DNA of 64,000 nucleotides from Eledone cirrhosa (taxonomy: Eukaryota), in assembly GCA_964016885.1 (NCBI GenBank), contig OZ024741.1:55304001-55368000 (forward strand), read 5' to 3'. Made by a program: the position numbers and the translations under genes. Shown here piece by piece: positions 33,001 to 49,000 of the stretch. A model generated the notes under the pieces. That model was not told where the DNA came from. It searched no databases and was given only the letters and a program-made list of their open reading frames with translations. Positions within the stretch are counted from its first letter, which is position 1. The number at the start of each line of letters is the position of its first letter.

Positions 33001-36000
33001 ACTACAGTATCCCAGAACACTACAACACCTACACTAGAACACACTTAGAACACTACTGCAGTATCCCAGAACACTACAACACCTACACTAGAACACCCTT
33101 AGAACACTACTACAGTAACCCAGAACACTACAACACCTACACTAGAACACCTTTAGAATACTACTACAGTAACCCAGAACACTACAACACCTACACTAGA
33201 ACACCCTTAGAACACTACTACAGTAACCCAGAACACTACAACACCTACACTAGAACACCCTTAGAACACTACTGCAGTATCCCAGAACACTACAACACCT
33301 ACACTAGAACACCCTTAGAACACTACTGCAGTATCCCAGAACACTACAACACCTACACTAGAAGACCTTTAGAATACTACTACAGTAACCCAGAACACTA
33401 CAACACCTACACTAGAACACCCTTAAAACACTACTACAGTATCCCAGAACAGTACAACACCTACACTAGAACACCCTTAGAACACTACTACAGTATCCCA
33501 GAACACTACAACACCTACACTAGAACACCCTTAGAACACTACTACAGTATCCCAGAACACTACAACACCTACACTAGAACACCCTTAAAATAGTACTACA
33601 GTAACCCAGAACACTACAACACCTACACTAGAACACCCTTAGAACACTACTACAGTATCCCAGAACACTACAACACCTACACTAGAACACCCTTAGAATA
33701 GTACTACAGTAACCCAGAACACTACAACACCTACACTAGAACACCCTTAGAACACTACTACAGTATCCCAGAACACTACAACACCTACACTAGAACACCT
33801 TTATAACACTACTACAGTAACCCAGAACAGTACAACACCTACACTAGAACACCCTTAGAACACTACTACAGTATCCCAGAACACTACAACCGCTTTACTA
33901 GAACACCCTTAGAATAGTACTACAGTAACCCAGAACACTACAACACCTACACTAGAACACCCTTAGAACACTACTACAATATCCCAGAACACTACAACAC
34001 CTACACTAGAACACCCTTAGAACACTACTACAGTATCCCTGAAAACTACAACACCTACACAAGAACACCCTTAGAACACTACTACAGTAACCCAGAACAG
34101 TACAACACCTACACTAGAACACCCTTAGAACACTACTACAGTAACCCAGAACACTACAACACCTACACTAGAACACGCTTAGAACACTACTACAGTAACC
34201 CAGAACAGTACAACACCTACACTAGAACACCCTTAGAACACTACTACAGTATCCCAGAACACTACAACACCTACACTAGAACAGCCTTAGAACACTACTA
34301 CAGTAACCCAGAAGACTACAACACCTATACTAGAACACCCTTAGAACACTACTACAGTAACCCAGAACAGTACAACACCTACATTAGAACACCCTTAGAA
34401 CACTACTACAGTAACCCAGAACACTACAACACCTACACTAGAACACGCTTAGAACACTACTACAGTAACCCAGAACAGTACAACACCTACACTAGAACAC
34501 CCTTAGAACACTACTACACTATCCCAGAACACTACAACACCTACACTAGAACACCCTTAGAATAGTACTACAGTAACCCAGAACACTACAACACCTACAC
34601 TAGAACACCCTTAGAACACTACTACAGTATCCCAGAACACTACAACACCTACACTAGAGCACCCTTAGAATAGTACTACAGTATCCCAGAACACTACAAC
34701 ACCTACACTAGAACACCCTTAGAACACTACTACAGTAACCCAGAACACTACAACACCTAAACTAGAACACCCTTAGAACACTACTACAGTAACCCAGAAC
34801 ACTACAACACCTATTCTAGAACACCCTTAGAACACTAATACAGTATCCCAGAACAGTACAACACCTACACTAGAACACCCTTAGAACACTACTGCAGTAT
34901 CCCAGAACACTACAACACCTACACTAGAACACCCTTAGAACACTACTACAGTAACCCAGAACACTACAACACCTACACTAGAACACCCTTAGAACACTAC
35001 TACAGTAACCCAGAACACTACAACACCTATTCTAGAACACCCTTAGAACACTACTACAGTATCCCAGAACACTACAACACCTACATTAGAACACCCTTAG
35101 AACACTACTGCAGTATCCCAGACCACTACAACACCTACACTAGAACACCCTTAGAACACTACTACAGTAACCCAGAACACTACAACACCTACACTAGAAC
35201 ACCCTTAGAACACTACTACAGTAACCCAGAACACTACAACGCCTATACTAGAACACCCTTAGAACACTACTACAGTCTCCCAGAACACTACAACACCTAT
35301 ACTAGAACACCCTTAGAACACTACTACAGTAACCCAGAAGACTACAACACCTATACTAGAACACCCTTAGAACACTACTACAGTATCCCAGAACACTACA
35401 ACACCTACAATAGAACACCCTTAGAACACTACTGCAGTATCCCACAACACTACAACACCTACACTAGAACACCCTTAGAACACTACTACAGTAACCAAGA
35501 ACACTACAACACCTACACTAGAACACCTTTAGAATACTACTACAGTAACCCAGAACACTACAACACCTACACTAGAACACCCTTAGAACACTACTACAGT
35601 ATCCCAGAACACTACAACACCTACACTAGAACACCCTTAGAATAGTACTACAGTAACCCAGAACACTACAAAACCTACACTAGAACACCCTTAGAACACT
35701 GCTACAGTATCCCAGAACACTACAACACCTACACTAGAACACCCTTAGAACACTACTACAGTAACCCAGAACACTACAACACCTACACTAGAACACACTT
35801 AGAACACTACTACAGTAACCCAGAACACTACAACACCTATACTAGAACACCCTTAGAACACCACTACAGTATCCCAGAACACTACAACACCTACACTAGA
35901 ACACCCTTAGAACACTACAACAGTAACCCAGAACACTACAACACCTACACTAGAACACCCTTAGAACACTACTACAGTATCCCTGAACACTACAACACCT

Positions 36001-39000
36001 ACACTAGAACACCCTTAGAACACTACTACAGTATCCCAGAACACTACAACACCTACACTAGAACACCCTTAGAATAGTACTACAGTAACCCAGAACACTA
36101 CAACACCTACACTAGAACACCCTTAGAACACTACTACAGTATCCCAGATCACTACAACACATACACTAGAACACCCTTAGAATAGTACTACAGTAACCCA
36201 GAACACTACAACACCTTCACTAGAACACCCTTAGAACACTACTACAGTATCCCAGAACACTACAACACCTACACTAGAACACCTTTAGAACACTACTACA
36301 ATAACCCAGAACAGTACAACACCTACACTAGAACACCCTTAGAACACTACTACAGTAACCCAGAACACTACAACACCTACACTAGAACATCCTTAGAACA
36401 CTACTGCAGTATCCCAGAACACTACAACACCTACACTAGAACACCCTTAGAACACTACTACAGTATCACAGAACACTACAACACCTACACTAGAACACCC
36501 TTAGAACACTACTACAGTAACCCAGAACACTACAACACCTACACTAGAACATCCTTAGAACACTACTGCAGTATCCCAGAACACTACAACACCTAAACTA
36601 GAACACCCTGAAAAAACTACTACAGTATCCCAGAACACTACAACACCTACGTTAGAACACCCTTAGAACACTACTACCGTATCCCTTAACACTACAACAC
36701 CTACACTAGAACACCCTTAGAACACTACTACAGTATCCCAGAACACTAAAACACCTACACTAGAACACCCTTAGAATACTACTACAGTAACCCAGAACAC
36801 TACAACACCTACACTAGAACACCCTTAGAACACTACTACAGTATCCCAGAACACTACAACACCTACACTAGAACACCCTTAGAATAGTACTACAGTATCC
36901 CAGAACACTACAACACCTACACTAGAACACCCTTAGAACACTACTACAGTATCCCAGAACACTACAACACCTACACTAGAACACCCTTAGAACACTACTA
37001 CAGTAACCCAGAACACTACAACACCTATACTAGAACACCCTTAGAACACTACTACAGTATCCCAGAACACTACAACACCTACACTAGAACACCCTTAGAA
37101 CCCTACTGCAGTATCCCAGAACACTACAACACCTACACTAGAACACCCTTAGAACACTACTACAGTAACCCAGAACACTACAACACCTACACTAGAACAC
37201 CCTTAGAACACTACTACAGTAACCCAGAACACTACAACACCTATTCTAGAACACCCTTAGAACACTACTACAGTATCCCAGAACACTACAACACCTACAC
37301 TAGAACACCCTTAGAACACTACTGCAGTATCCCAGAACACTACAACACCTACACTAGAACACCCTTAGAACACTACTACAGTAACCCAGAACACTACAAC
37401 ACCTACACTAGAACACCTTTAGAATACTACTACAGTAACCCAGAACACTACAACACCTACACTAGAACACCCTTAGAACACTACTACAGTAACCCAGAAC
37501 ACTACAACACCTACACTAGAACACCCTTAGAACACTACTGCAGTATCCCAGAACAATACAACACCTACACTAGAACACCCTTAGAACACTACTGCAGTAT
37601 CCCAGAACACTACAACACCTACACTAGAAGACCTTTAAAATACTACTACAGTAACCCAGAACACTACAACACCTACACTAGAACACCCTTAAAACACTAC
37701 TACAGTATCCCAGAACAGTACAACACCTACACTAGAACACCCTTAGAACACTACTACAGTATCCCAGAACACTACAACACCTACACTAGAACACCCTTAG
37801 AACACTACTACAGTATCCCAGAACACTACAACACCTACACTAGAACACCCTTAAAATAGTACTACAGTAACCCAGAACACTACAACACCTACACTAGAAC
37901 ACCCTTAGAACACTACTACAGTATCCCAGAACACTACAACACCTACACTAGAACACCCTTAGAATAGTACTACAGTAACCCAGAACACTACAACACCTAC
38001 ACTAGAACACCCTTAGAACACTACTACAGTATCCCAGAACACTACAACACCTACACTAGAACACCTTTAGAACCCTACTACAGTAACCCAGAACAGTACA
38101 ACACCTACACTAGAACACCCTTAGAACACTACTACAGTATCCCAGAACACTACAACCCCTTCACTAGAACACCCTTAGAATAGTACTACAGTAACCCAGA
38201 ACACTACAACACCTACACTAGAACACCCTTAGAACACTACTACAATATCCCAGAACACTACAACACCTACACAAGAACACCCTTAGAACACTACTACAGT
38301 ATCCCAGAACACTACAACACCTACACTAGAACACCCTTAGAATAGTACTACAGTAACCCAGAACACTACAACACCTACACTAGAACACCCTTAGAATACT
38401 ACTACAGTATCCCAGAACACTACAACACCTACACTAGAACACCTTTAGAACACTACTACAGTAACCCAGAACAGTACAACACCTACACTAGAACACCCTT
38501 AGAACACTACTACAGTATCCCAGAACACTACAACACCTACACTAGAACACCCTTAGAATAGTAATACAGTAACCCAGAACACTACAACACCTACACTAGA
38601 ACACCCTTAGAACACTACTACAGTATCCCAGAACACTACAACACCCTTAGAACACTACTACAGTATCCCAGATCACTACAACACATACACTAGAACAACA
38701 TTAGAATAGTACTACAGTATCCCAGAACACTACAACACCTACACTAGAACACCTTTAGAACACTACTACAGTATCCCAGAACACTACAACACCTACACTA
38801 GAACACCCTTAGAACACTACTACAGTAACCCAGAACACTACAACACCTACACTAGAACACCCTTAGAACACTACTACAGTAACCCAGAACACTACAACAC
38901 CTATACTAGAACACCCTTAGAACACTACTACAGTATCCCAGAACACTACAACACCTACACTAGAACACCCTTAGAACACTACTGCAGTATCTCAGAACAC

Positions 39001-42000
39001 TACAACACCTACACTAGAACACCCTTAGAACACTACTACAGTATCCCAGAACACTACAACACCTACACTACAACACCCTTAGAACACTACTACAGTAACC
39101 CAGAACACTACAACGCCTATACTAGAACACCCTTAGAACACTACTACAGTCTCCCAGAACACTACAACACCTATACTAGAACACCCTTAGAACACTACTA
39201 CAGTAACCCAGAACACTACAACACCTATACTAGAACACCCTTAGAACACTACTACAGTAACCCAGAACACTACAACACCTACACTAGAACACCCTTAGAA
39301 CACTACTGCAGTATCCCAGAACACTACAACACCTACACTAGAACACCCTTAGAACACTACTACAGTAACCCAGAACACTACAACACCTACACTAGAACAC
39401 CTTTAGAATACTACTACAGTAATCCAGAACACTACAACACCTACACTAGAACACCCTTAGAACACTACTACAGTAACCCAGAACACTACAACACCTACAC
39501 TAGAACACCCTTAGAACACTACTGCAGTATCCCAGAACACTACAACACCTACACTAGAACACCTTTAGAACACTACTACAGTAACCCAGAACAGTACAAC
39601 ACCTACACTAGAACACCCTTAGAACACTACTACAGTATCCCGGAACACTACAACACCTACACTAGAACACCTTTAGAACACTACTACAGTATCCCAGAAC
39701 AGTACAACACCTACACAAGAACACCCTTAGAACACTACTACAGTAACCCAGAACACTACAACACCTACACTAGAACACCCTTAGAACACTACTACAGTAA
39801 CCCAGAACAGTACAACACCTACACTAGAACACCCTTAGAACACTACTACAGTATCCCAGAACACTACAACACCTACACTAGAACACCCTTAGAATAGTAC
39901 TACAGTAACCCAGAACACTACAACACCTACACTAGAACACCCTTAGAACACTACTACAGTATCCCAGAACACTACAACACCTACACTAGAACACCCTTAG
40001 AACACTACTGCAGTATCCCAGAACACTACAACACCTACACTAGAACACCTTTAGAATACTACTACAGTAACCCAGAACACTACAACACCTACACTAGAAC
40101 ACCCTTAGAACACTACTACAGTAACCCAGAACACTACAACACCTACACTAGAACACCTTTAGAACACTACTACAGTATCCCAGAACACTACAACACCTAC
40201 ACTAGAACACCCTTAGAACACTAATACAGTATCCCAGAACACTACAACACCTACACTAGAACACCCTTAGAATAGTACTACAGTACCCCGGAACACTACA
40301 ACACCTACACTAGAACACCCTTAGAACACTACTACAGTATCCCAGAACACTACAACACCTACACTAGAACACCCTTAGAACACTACTGCAGTATCCCAGA
40401 ACACTACAACACCTACACTAGAACACCCTTAGAACACTACTGCAGTATCCCAGAACACTACAACACCTACAATAGAACACCCTTAGAATAGTACTACAGT
40501 ACCCCGGAACACTACAACACCTACACTAGAACACCCCTAGAACACTACTACAGTATCCCAGAACACTACAACACCTACACCAGAACACCCTTAGAACACT
40601 ACTGCAGTATCCCAGAACACTACAACACCTACACTAGAACACCCTTAGAATAGTACTACAGTAACCCAGAACACTAGAACACCCTTAGAACACTACTACA
40701 GTATCCCAGAACACTACAACACCTACACTAGAACACCCTTAGAACACTACTACAGTATCCCTGAACACTACAACACCTACACTAGAACACCCTTAGAACA
40801 CTACTACAGTATCCCAGAACACTAGAACACCCTTAGAACACTACTACAGTAACCCAGAACACTACAACACCTACACTAGAACACCCTTAGAACAATACTA
40901 CAGTATCCCAGAACACTACAACACCTACACTAGAACACCCTTAGAATAGTACTACAGTAACCCAGAACACTACAACACCTACACTAGAACACCCTTAGAA
41001 TAGTACTACAGTAACCCAGAACACTACAACACCTACACTAGAACACCCTTAGAACACTACTACAGTATCCCAGAACACTACAACACCTACACTAGAACAC
41101 CCTTAGAATAGTACTACAGTATCCCAGAACACTACAACACCTACACTAGAACACCCTTAGAACACTACTACAGTATCCCAGAACACTACAACACCTACAC
41201 TAGAACACCCTTAGAACACTACTACAGTAACCCAGAACACTACAACACCTACACTAGAACACCCTTAGAACACTACTACAGTAACCCAGAACACTACAAC
41301 ACCTATACTAGAACACCCTTAGAACACTACTACAGTATCCCAGAGCACTACAACACCTACACTAGAACACCCTTAGAACACTACTACAGTAACCCAGAAC
41401 ACTACAACACCTACACTAGAAGACCCTTAGAACACTACTACAGTAACCCAGAACACTACAACACCTATACTAGAACACCCTTAGAACACTACTACAGTAT
41501 CCCAGAACACTACAACACCTACACTAGAACACCTTTAGAACACTACTACAGTATCCCAGAACACTACAACACCTACACTAGAACACCCTTAGAACACTAC
41601 TACAGTATCCCAGAACACTACAACACCTACACTAGAACACCCTTAGAATAGTACTACAGTACCCCGGAACACTACAACACCTACACTAGAACACCCTTAG
41701 AACACTACTACAGTATCCCAGAACACTACAACACCTACACTAGAACACCCTTAGAACACTACTGCAGTATCCCAGAACACTACAACACCTACACTAGAAC
41801 AACCTTAGAACACTACTGCAGTATCCCAGAACACTACAACACCTACACTAGAACACCCTTAGAATAGTACTACAGTACCCCGGAACACTACAACACCTAC
41901 ACTAGAACACCCTTAGAACACTACTACAGTATCCCAGAACACTACAACACCTACACTAGAACACCCTTAGAACACTACTGCAGTATCCCAGAACACTACA

Positions 42001-45000
42001 ACGCCTACACTAGAACACCCTTAGAATAGTACTACAGTAACCCAGAACACTACAACACCTACACTAGAACACCTTTAGAACACTACTACAGTATCCCAGA
42101 ATACTACAACACCTACACTAGAACACCCTTAGAACACTACTACAGTATCCCAGAACACTACAACACCTACACTAGAACACCCTTAGAACACTACTACAGT
42201 AACCCAGAACACTACAACACCTACACTAGAAGACCTTTAGAATACTACTACAGTAACCCAGAACACTACAACACCTACACTAGAACACCCTTAGAACACT
42301 ACTACAGTATCCCAGAACACTACAACGCCTATACTAGAACACCCTCAGAACACTACTACAGTCTCCCAGAACACTACAACACCTATACTAGAACACCCTT
42401 AGAACACTACTACAGTAACCCAGAACACTACAACACCTATACTAGAACACCCTTAGAACACTACTACAGTATCCCAGAACACTACAACACCTACAATAGA
42501 ACACCCTTAGAACACTACTGCAGTATCCCAGAACACTACAACACCTACACGAGAACACCTTTAGAACACTACTACAGTAACCCAGAACACTACAACACCT
42601 ACACTAGAACACCTTTAGAATACTACTACAGTAATCCAGAACACTACAACACCTACACTAGAACACCCTTAGAACACTACTACAGTAACCCAGAACACTA
42701 CAACACCTACACTAGAACACCCTTAGAACACTACTGCAGTATTCCAGAACACTACAACACCTACACTAGAACACCCTTAGAACACTACTGCAGTATCCCA
42801 GAACACTACAACACCTCCACTAGAACACCTTTAGAATACTACTACAGTAACCCAGAACACTACAACACCTACACTAGAACACCCTTAGAACACTACTACA
42901 GTAACCCAGAACACTACAACACCTACAATAGAACACCTTTAGAACACTACTACAGTATCCCAGAACACTACAACACCTACACTAGAACACCCTTAGAACA
43001 CTAATACAGTATCCCAGAACACTACAACACCTACACTAGAACACCCTTAGAATAGTACTACAGTACCCCGGAACACTACAACACCTACACTAGAACACCC
43101 TTAGAACACTACTACAGTATCCCAGAACACTACAACACCTACACTAGAACACCCTTAGAAGACTACTGCAGTATCCCAGAACACTACAACACCTACACTA
43201 GAACACCCTTAGAACACTACTGCAGTATCCCAGAACACTACAACACCTACACTAGAACGCCCTTAGAATAGTACTACAGTACCCCGGAACACTACAACAC
43301 CTACACTAGAACACCCTTAGAACACTACTACAGTATCCCAGAACACCACAACACCTACACTAGAACACCCTTAGAACACTACTGCAGTATCCCAGAACAC
43401 TACAACACCTACACTAGAACACCCTTAGCATTGTACTACAGTAACCCAGAACACTAGAACACCCTTAGAACACTACTACAGTATCCCAGAACACTACAAC
43501 ACCTACACTAGAACACCCTTAGAACACTACTACAGTATCCCAGAACACTACAACACCTACACTAGAACACCCTTAGAACACTACTACTGTATCCCAGAAC
43601 ACTACAACACCTACACTAGAACACCCTTAGAATAGTACTACAGTAACCCAGAACACTACAACACCTACACTAGAACACCCTTAGAACACTACTACAGTAT
43701 CCCAGATCACTACAACACATACACTAGAACACCCTTAGAATAGTACTACAGTAACCCAGAACACTACAACACCTACACTAGAACACCCTTAGAACACTAC
43801 TACAGTGTCCCAGAACACTACAACACCTACACTAGAACACCTTTAGAACACTACTACAGTAACCCAGAACAGTACAACACCTACATAAGAACACCCTTAG
43901 AACACTACTACAGTAACCCAGAACACTACAACACCTACACTAGAACACCCTTAGAAAACTACTACAGTAACCCAGAACAGTACAACACCTACACTAGAAC
44001 ACCCTTAGAACACTACTACAGTATCCCAGAACACTACAACACCTACACTAGAACACCCTTAGAATAGTACTACAGTAACCCAGAACACTACAACACCTAC
44101 ACTAGAACACCCTTTGAATAGTACTACAGTAACCCAGAACACTACAACACCTACACTAGAACACCCTTAGAACACTACTACAGTATCCCAGAACACTACA
44201 ATACCTACACTAGAACACCCTTAGAATAGTACTACAGTATCCCAGAACACTACAACACCTACACTAGAACACCCTTAGAACACTACTACAGTAACCCAGA
44301 ACACTACAACACCTACACTAGAACACCCTTAGAACACTACTACAGTAACCCAGAACACTACAACACCTACACTAGAACACCCTTAGAACACTACTACAGT
44401 ATCCCAGAACACTACAACACCTACACTAGAACACCCTTAGAACACTACTGCAGTATCCCAGAACACTACAACACCTACACTAGAACACCCTTAGAATAAT
44501 ACTACAGTAACCCAGAACACCTCAACACCTACACTAGAACACCCTTAGAACACTACTACAGTATCCCAGAACACTACAACACCTACACTAGAACACCCTT
44601 AGAACACTACTGCAGTATCCCAGAACACTACAACACCTACACTAGAACACCCTTAGAACACTACTGCAGTATCCCAGAACACTACAACACCTACACTAGA
44701 ACACATTTAGAACACTACTGCAGTATCCCAGAACACTACAACACCTACACTAGAACACCCTTAGAACACTACAACAGTAACCCAGAACACTACAACACCT
44801 ACACTAGAACACCCTTAAAACACCTTTAGAACACTACTGCAGTAACCCAGAACACTACAACACCTACACTAGAACACCCTTAGAACACTACTACAGTAAC
44901 CCAGAACACTACAACACCTACACTAGAACACCCTTAGAACACTACTGCAGTATCCCAGAACACTACAACACCTACACTAGAACACCCTTAGAACACTACT

Positions 45001-47611
45001 GCAGTATCCCAGAACACTACAACACCTACACTAGAACACCCTTAGAACACTACTACAGTAACCCATAACACTACAACACCTACACTAGAACACCCTTAGA
45101 ACACTACTACAGTATCCCAGAACACTACAACACCTACACTAGAACACCTTTAGAACACTACTACAGTATCCCAGAACACTACAACACCTACACTAGAACA
45201 CCCTTAGAACACTACTACAGTATCCCAGAACACTACAACACCTACACTAGAACACCCTTAGAACACTACTACAGTATCCCAGAACACTACAACACCTACA
45301 CTAGAACACCCTTAGAACACTACTACAGTATTCCAGAACACTACAACACCTACACTAGAACACCTTTAGAATACTACTGCAGTATCCCAGAACACTACAA
45401 CACCTACACTAGAACACCCTTAGAACACTACTACAGTATCCCAGAACACTACAACACCTACACTAGAACACCCTTAGAACACTACTACAGTAACCCAGAA
45501 CACTACAACACCTACACTAGAACACCCTTAGAACACTACTACAGTAACCCATAACACTACAACACCTACACTAGAACACCCTTAGAACACTACTACAGTA
45601 ACCCAGAACACTACAACACCTACACTAGAACACCCTTAGAACACTACTACAGTAACCCAGAACACTACAACACCTACACTAGAACACCCTTAGAACACTA
45701 CTGCAGTATCCCAGAAAACTACAACACCTACACTAGAACACCCTTAGAACACTACTACAGTATCCCAGAACACTACAACACCTACACTAGAACACCCTTA
45801 GAACACTACTACAGTATCCCAGAACACTACAACACCTACACTAGAACACCCTTAGAACACTACTACAGTAACCCAGAACACTACAACACCTACACTAGAA
45901 CACCTTTAGAATACTACTACAGTAACCCAGAACACAACAACACCTACACTAGAACACCCTTAGAACACTACTACAGTAACCCAGAACACTACAACACCTA
46001 CACTGGAACACCCTTAGAACACTACTGCAGTATCCCAGAACACTACAACACCTACACTAGAACACCCTTAGAACACTACTACAGTAACCCAGAACACTAC
46101 AACACCTACACTAGAACACCTTTAGAACACTACTACAGTATCCCAGAACACTACAACACCTACACTAGAACACCCTTAGAACACTACTACAGTATCCCAG
46201 AACACTACAACACCTACACTAGAACACCCTTAGAACACTACTACAGTAACCCAGAACACTACAACACCTACACTAGAACACCCTTAGAACACTACTACAG
46301 TAACCCAGAACACTATAACACCTACACTAGAACACCCTTAGAACACTACTACAGTAACCCAGAACACTACAACACCTACACTAGAACACCCTTAGAACAC
46401 TACTACAGTAACCCAGAACACTACAACACCTACACTAGAACACCCTTAGAATAGTACTACAGTATCCCAGAACACTACAACACCTACACTAGGACACCCT
46501 TAGAACACTACTGCAGTATCCCAGAACACTTCAACACCTAGACTAGAACACCCTTAGAACACTACTACAGTATCCCAGAACACTACAACACCTACACTAG
46601 AACACCTTTAGAACACTACTACAGTAACCCAGAACACTACAACACCTACACTAGAACACCCTTAGAACACTACTACAGTATCCCAGAACACTACAACACC
46701 TACACTAGAACACCCTTAGAACACTACTACAGTAACCCAGAACACTACAACACCTACACTAGAACACCCTTAGAACACTACTACAGTATCCCTCAACACT
46801 ACAACACCTACACTAGAACACCTTTAGAACACTACTACAGTAACCCAGAACACTAAAACACCTACACTAGAACACCCTTAGAACACTACTACAGTAACCC
46901 AGAACACTACAACACCTACACTAGAACACCCTTAGAACACTACTACAGTATCCCAGAACACTACAACACCTACACTAGAACACCTTTAGAACACTACTAC
47001 AGTAACCCAGAACACTACAACACCTACACTAGAACACCCTTAGAACACTACTACAGTATCCCAGAACACTACAACACCTACACTAGAACACCCTTAGAAC
47101 ACTACTACAGTAACCCAGAACACTACAACACCTACACTAGAACACCCTTAGAACACTACTACAGTAACCCAGAACACTACAACACCTACACTAGAACACC
47201 CTTAGAACACTACTACAGTATCCCAGAACACTACAACACCTACACTAGAACACCCTTAGAACACTACTACAGTAACCCAGAACACTACAACACCTACACT
47301 AGAACACCCTTAGAACACTACTACAGTAACCCAGAACACTACAACACCTACACTAGAACACCCTTAGAACACTACTACAGTATCCCAGAACACTACAACA
47401 CCTACACTAGAACACCCTTAGAACACTACTACAGTAACCCAGAACACTACAACACCTACACTAGAACACCCTTAGAACACTACTACAGTATCCCAGAACA
47501 CTACAACACCTACACTAGAACACCCTTAGAACACTACTACAGTAACCCAGAACACTACAACACCTACACTAGAACATATTTAGAACACTACTGCAGTAAC
47601 CCAGAACACTG
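6004..47611. repeat. 54-bp satellite DNA array, about 770 monomers (cagtaWcccagaacactacaacacctacactagaacacccttagaacactacta)
   Basis: Uninterrupted head-to-tail 54-mer over ~41.6 kb with scattered point variants and rare indels. Stop codons in all frames (no ORFs in the track here). Confidence 0.98.
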
Positions 47612-47686
47612 TAAACACCCAAAACATGTTGTAATCCCATACGAGAAAAGCTCAAACACTACAAAACCACATATATACACACGGAG

Positions 47687-47859
47687 ATACATACATACAT
47701 ACATACATACATACATACATACATACATACATACATACATACATACATACATACATACATACATACATGCTTGATAGAAACTTACATACATATTACATAT
47801 ATAATAAAAATACATAGATACATGTATGTATGTATCTCTCTCACGCACACACACACATA

Positions 47860-47923
<64 letters not shown>

Positions 47924-48189
47924 GTACAAAAATACATAGATCTAAGTAGTACTGATATGTAATATGATCTACTAACCGCTTGAGCCAGGAGGAGATAACC
48001 TCAGGGTAATCTGTAAAATATCCGTAGAAGGTCAGCCATTAATCTTGTACTTGCCTCGATCAATGTGAGAAGACTTGTCCAATGTTTTTCTATCAGTACA
48101 CTTTGGAATGGCCACACTACGTCCCAATATTATTTCAACCTGGTCTATCTATGTTTGTAGATATGTAATCGTATACACACATATACACG

Positions 48190-48277
<88 letters not shown>

Positions 48278-48317
48278 ACTCACTGTCTCTCTCTCCCTCT
48301 TTCTCTCTTTCTCTGAG

Positions 48318-48354
<37 letters not shown>

Positions 48355-48359
48355 CTGTG

Positions 48360-48427
<68 letters not shown>

Positions 48428-48480
48428 TGTCTGTGTGTGTGTATGTGTATGTATGTATATATATAGCTATGTGTATATAA
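47687..48480. repeat. Cluster of (TACA)n, (CT)n, (TA)n and (TG)n microsatellites with a short unique interval
   Basis: Direct reading of simple repeats; 47940-48150 is non-repetitive. Confidence 0.9.
47977..48010 (-). other. Possible 34-nt internal exon (DYPEVISSWLKR in phase 1) of an unidentified host gene
   Basis: Minus strand reads ggctgac...tattttacag|ATTACCCTGAGGTTATCTCCTCCTGGCTCAAGCG|gttagt: branch-point-like CTGAC, AG acceptor and GTTAGT donor. No homology recognised. Confidence 0.2.
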
Positions 48481-48486
48481 ATATAT

Positions 48487-49000
48487 ATAACGAAGGAAAT
48501 GTGGTCAGGAACCAGGTGGACCATAACGCACCAAAGTACTCAATACTTAGGGTAGTACAGTGGGTAATAGGAACAAGTAAGACCCTTACTTGTTCCTATA
48601 TATATATATATATATATAACGAAGGAATTGTGGTAAGGAAACAGATGGAACATAACGCACCAGAGTACTCAATACTTAGGGTAGTAGAGTGGGAAATAGG
48701 AAAAAGTATGACCCCGACGGCAGAGCTCAAGCCGTTTCAACGGCTATTTCTGGACGAGTCCAGAAATAGCCGTCGAACCTTTTTCATATATATATATATA
48801 TGTGTGTGTGTGTGGGAAAAGAGTCAGAACCCCGATGGCTGAGCTTCGACCATTGCGACAGCTCTAAACTAGCTGTCGCCACGGTCTGAGCTCAGCCGTC
48901 CGGCCCTAACTCTTTTCGTATTACCCACTCTACTACCCAGAGTACCGAGTACTCCGGTGCATTATGCTCCACCTGGTTCCTTATCACACTTCCTTCGTTA
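48487..49000. mobile_element. Three diverged copies of a short (TA)n-anchored element (ataacgaaggaa...gggtagtagagtgggtaata), each ending in a fold-back hairpin; probable PLE 3'-end fragments
   Basis: Copies at ~48487-48600 (+), ~48617-48786 (+) and ~48812-49000 (-). Hairpins: ataggaacaagtaa/ttacttgttcctat; cggctatttctggac/gtccagaaatagccg; ggctgagct..gcgacagct/agctgtcgc..agctcagcc. Confidence 0.65.

Noticed and set aside
6004-47611. CRISPR-like array or tandem-repeat coding sequence
   Set aside because: Monomers are contiguous with no unique spacers, there are no cas genes, the context is eukaryotic, and stops occur in all frames.
6004-47611. Telomere-derived origin (TAACCC in many monomers, CCCTTAG)
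   Set aside because: Only isolated hexamers, never tandem (TTAGGG)n; expected by chance in a C/A-rich unit.
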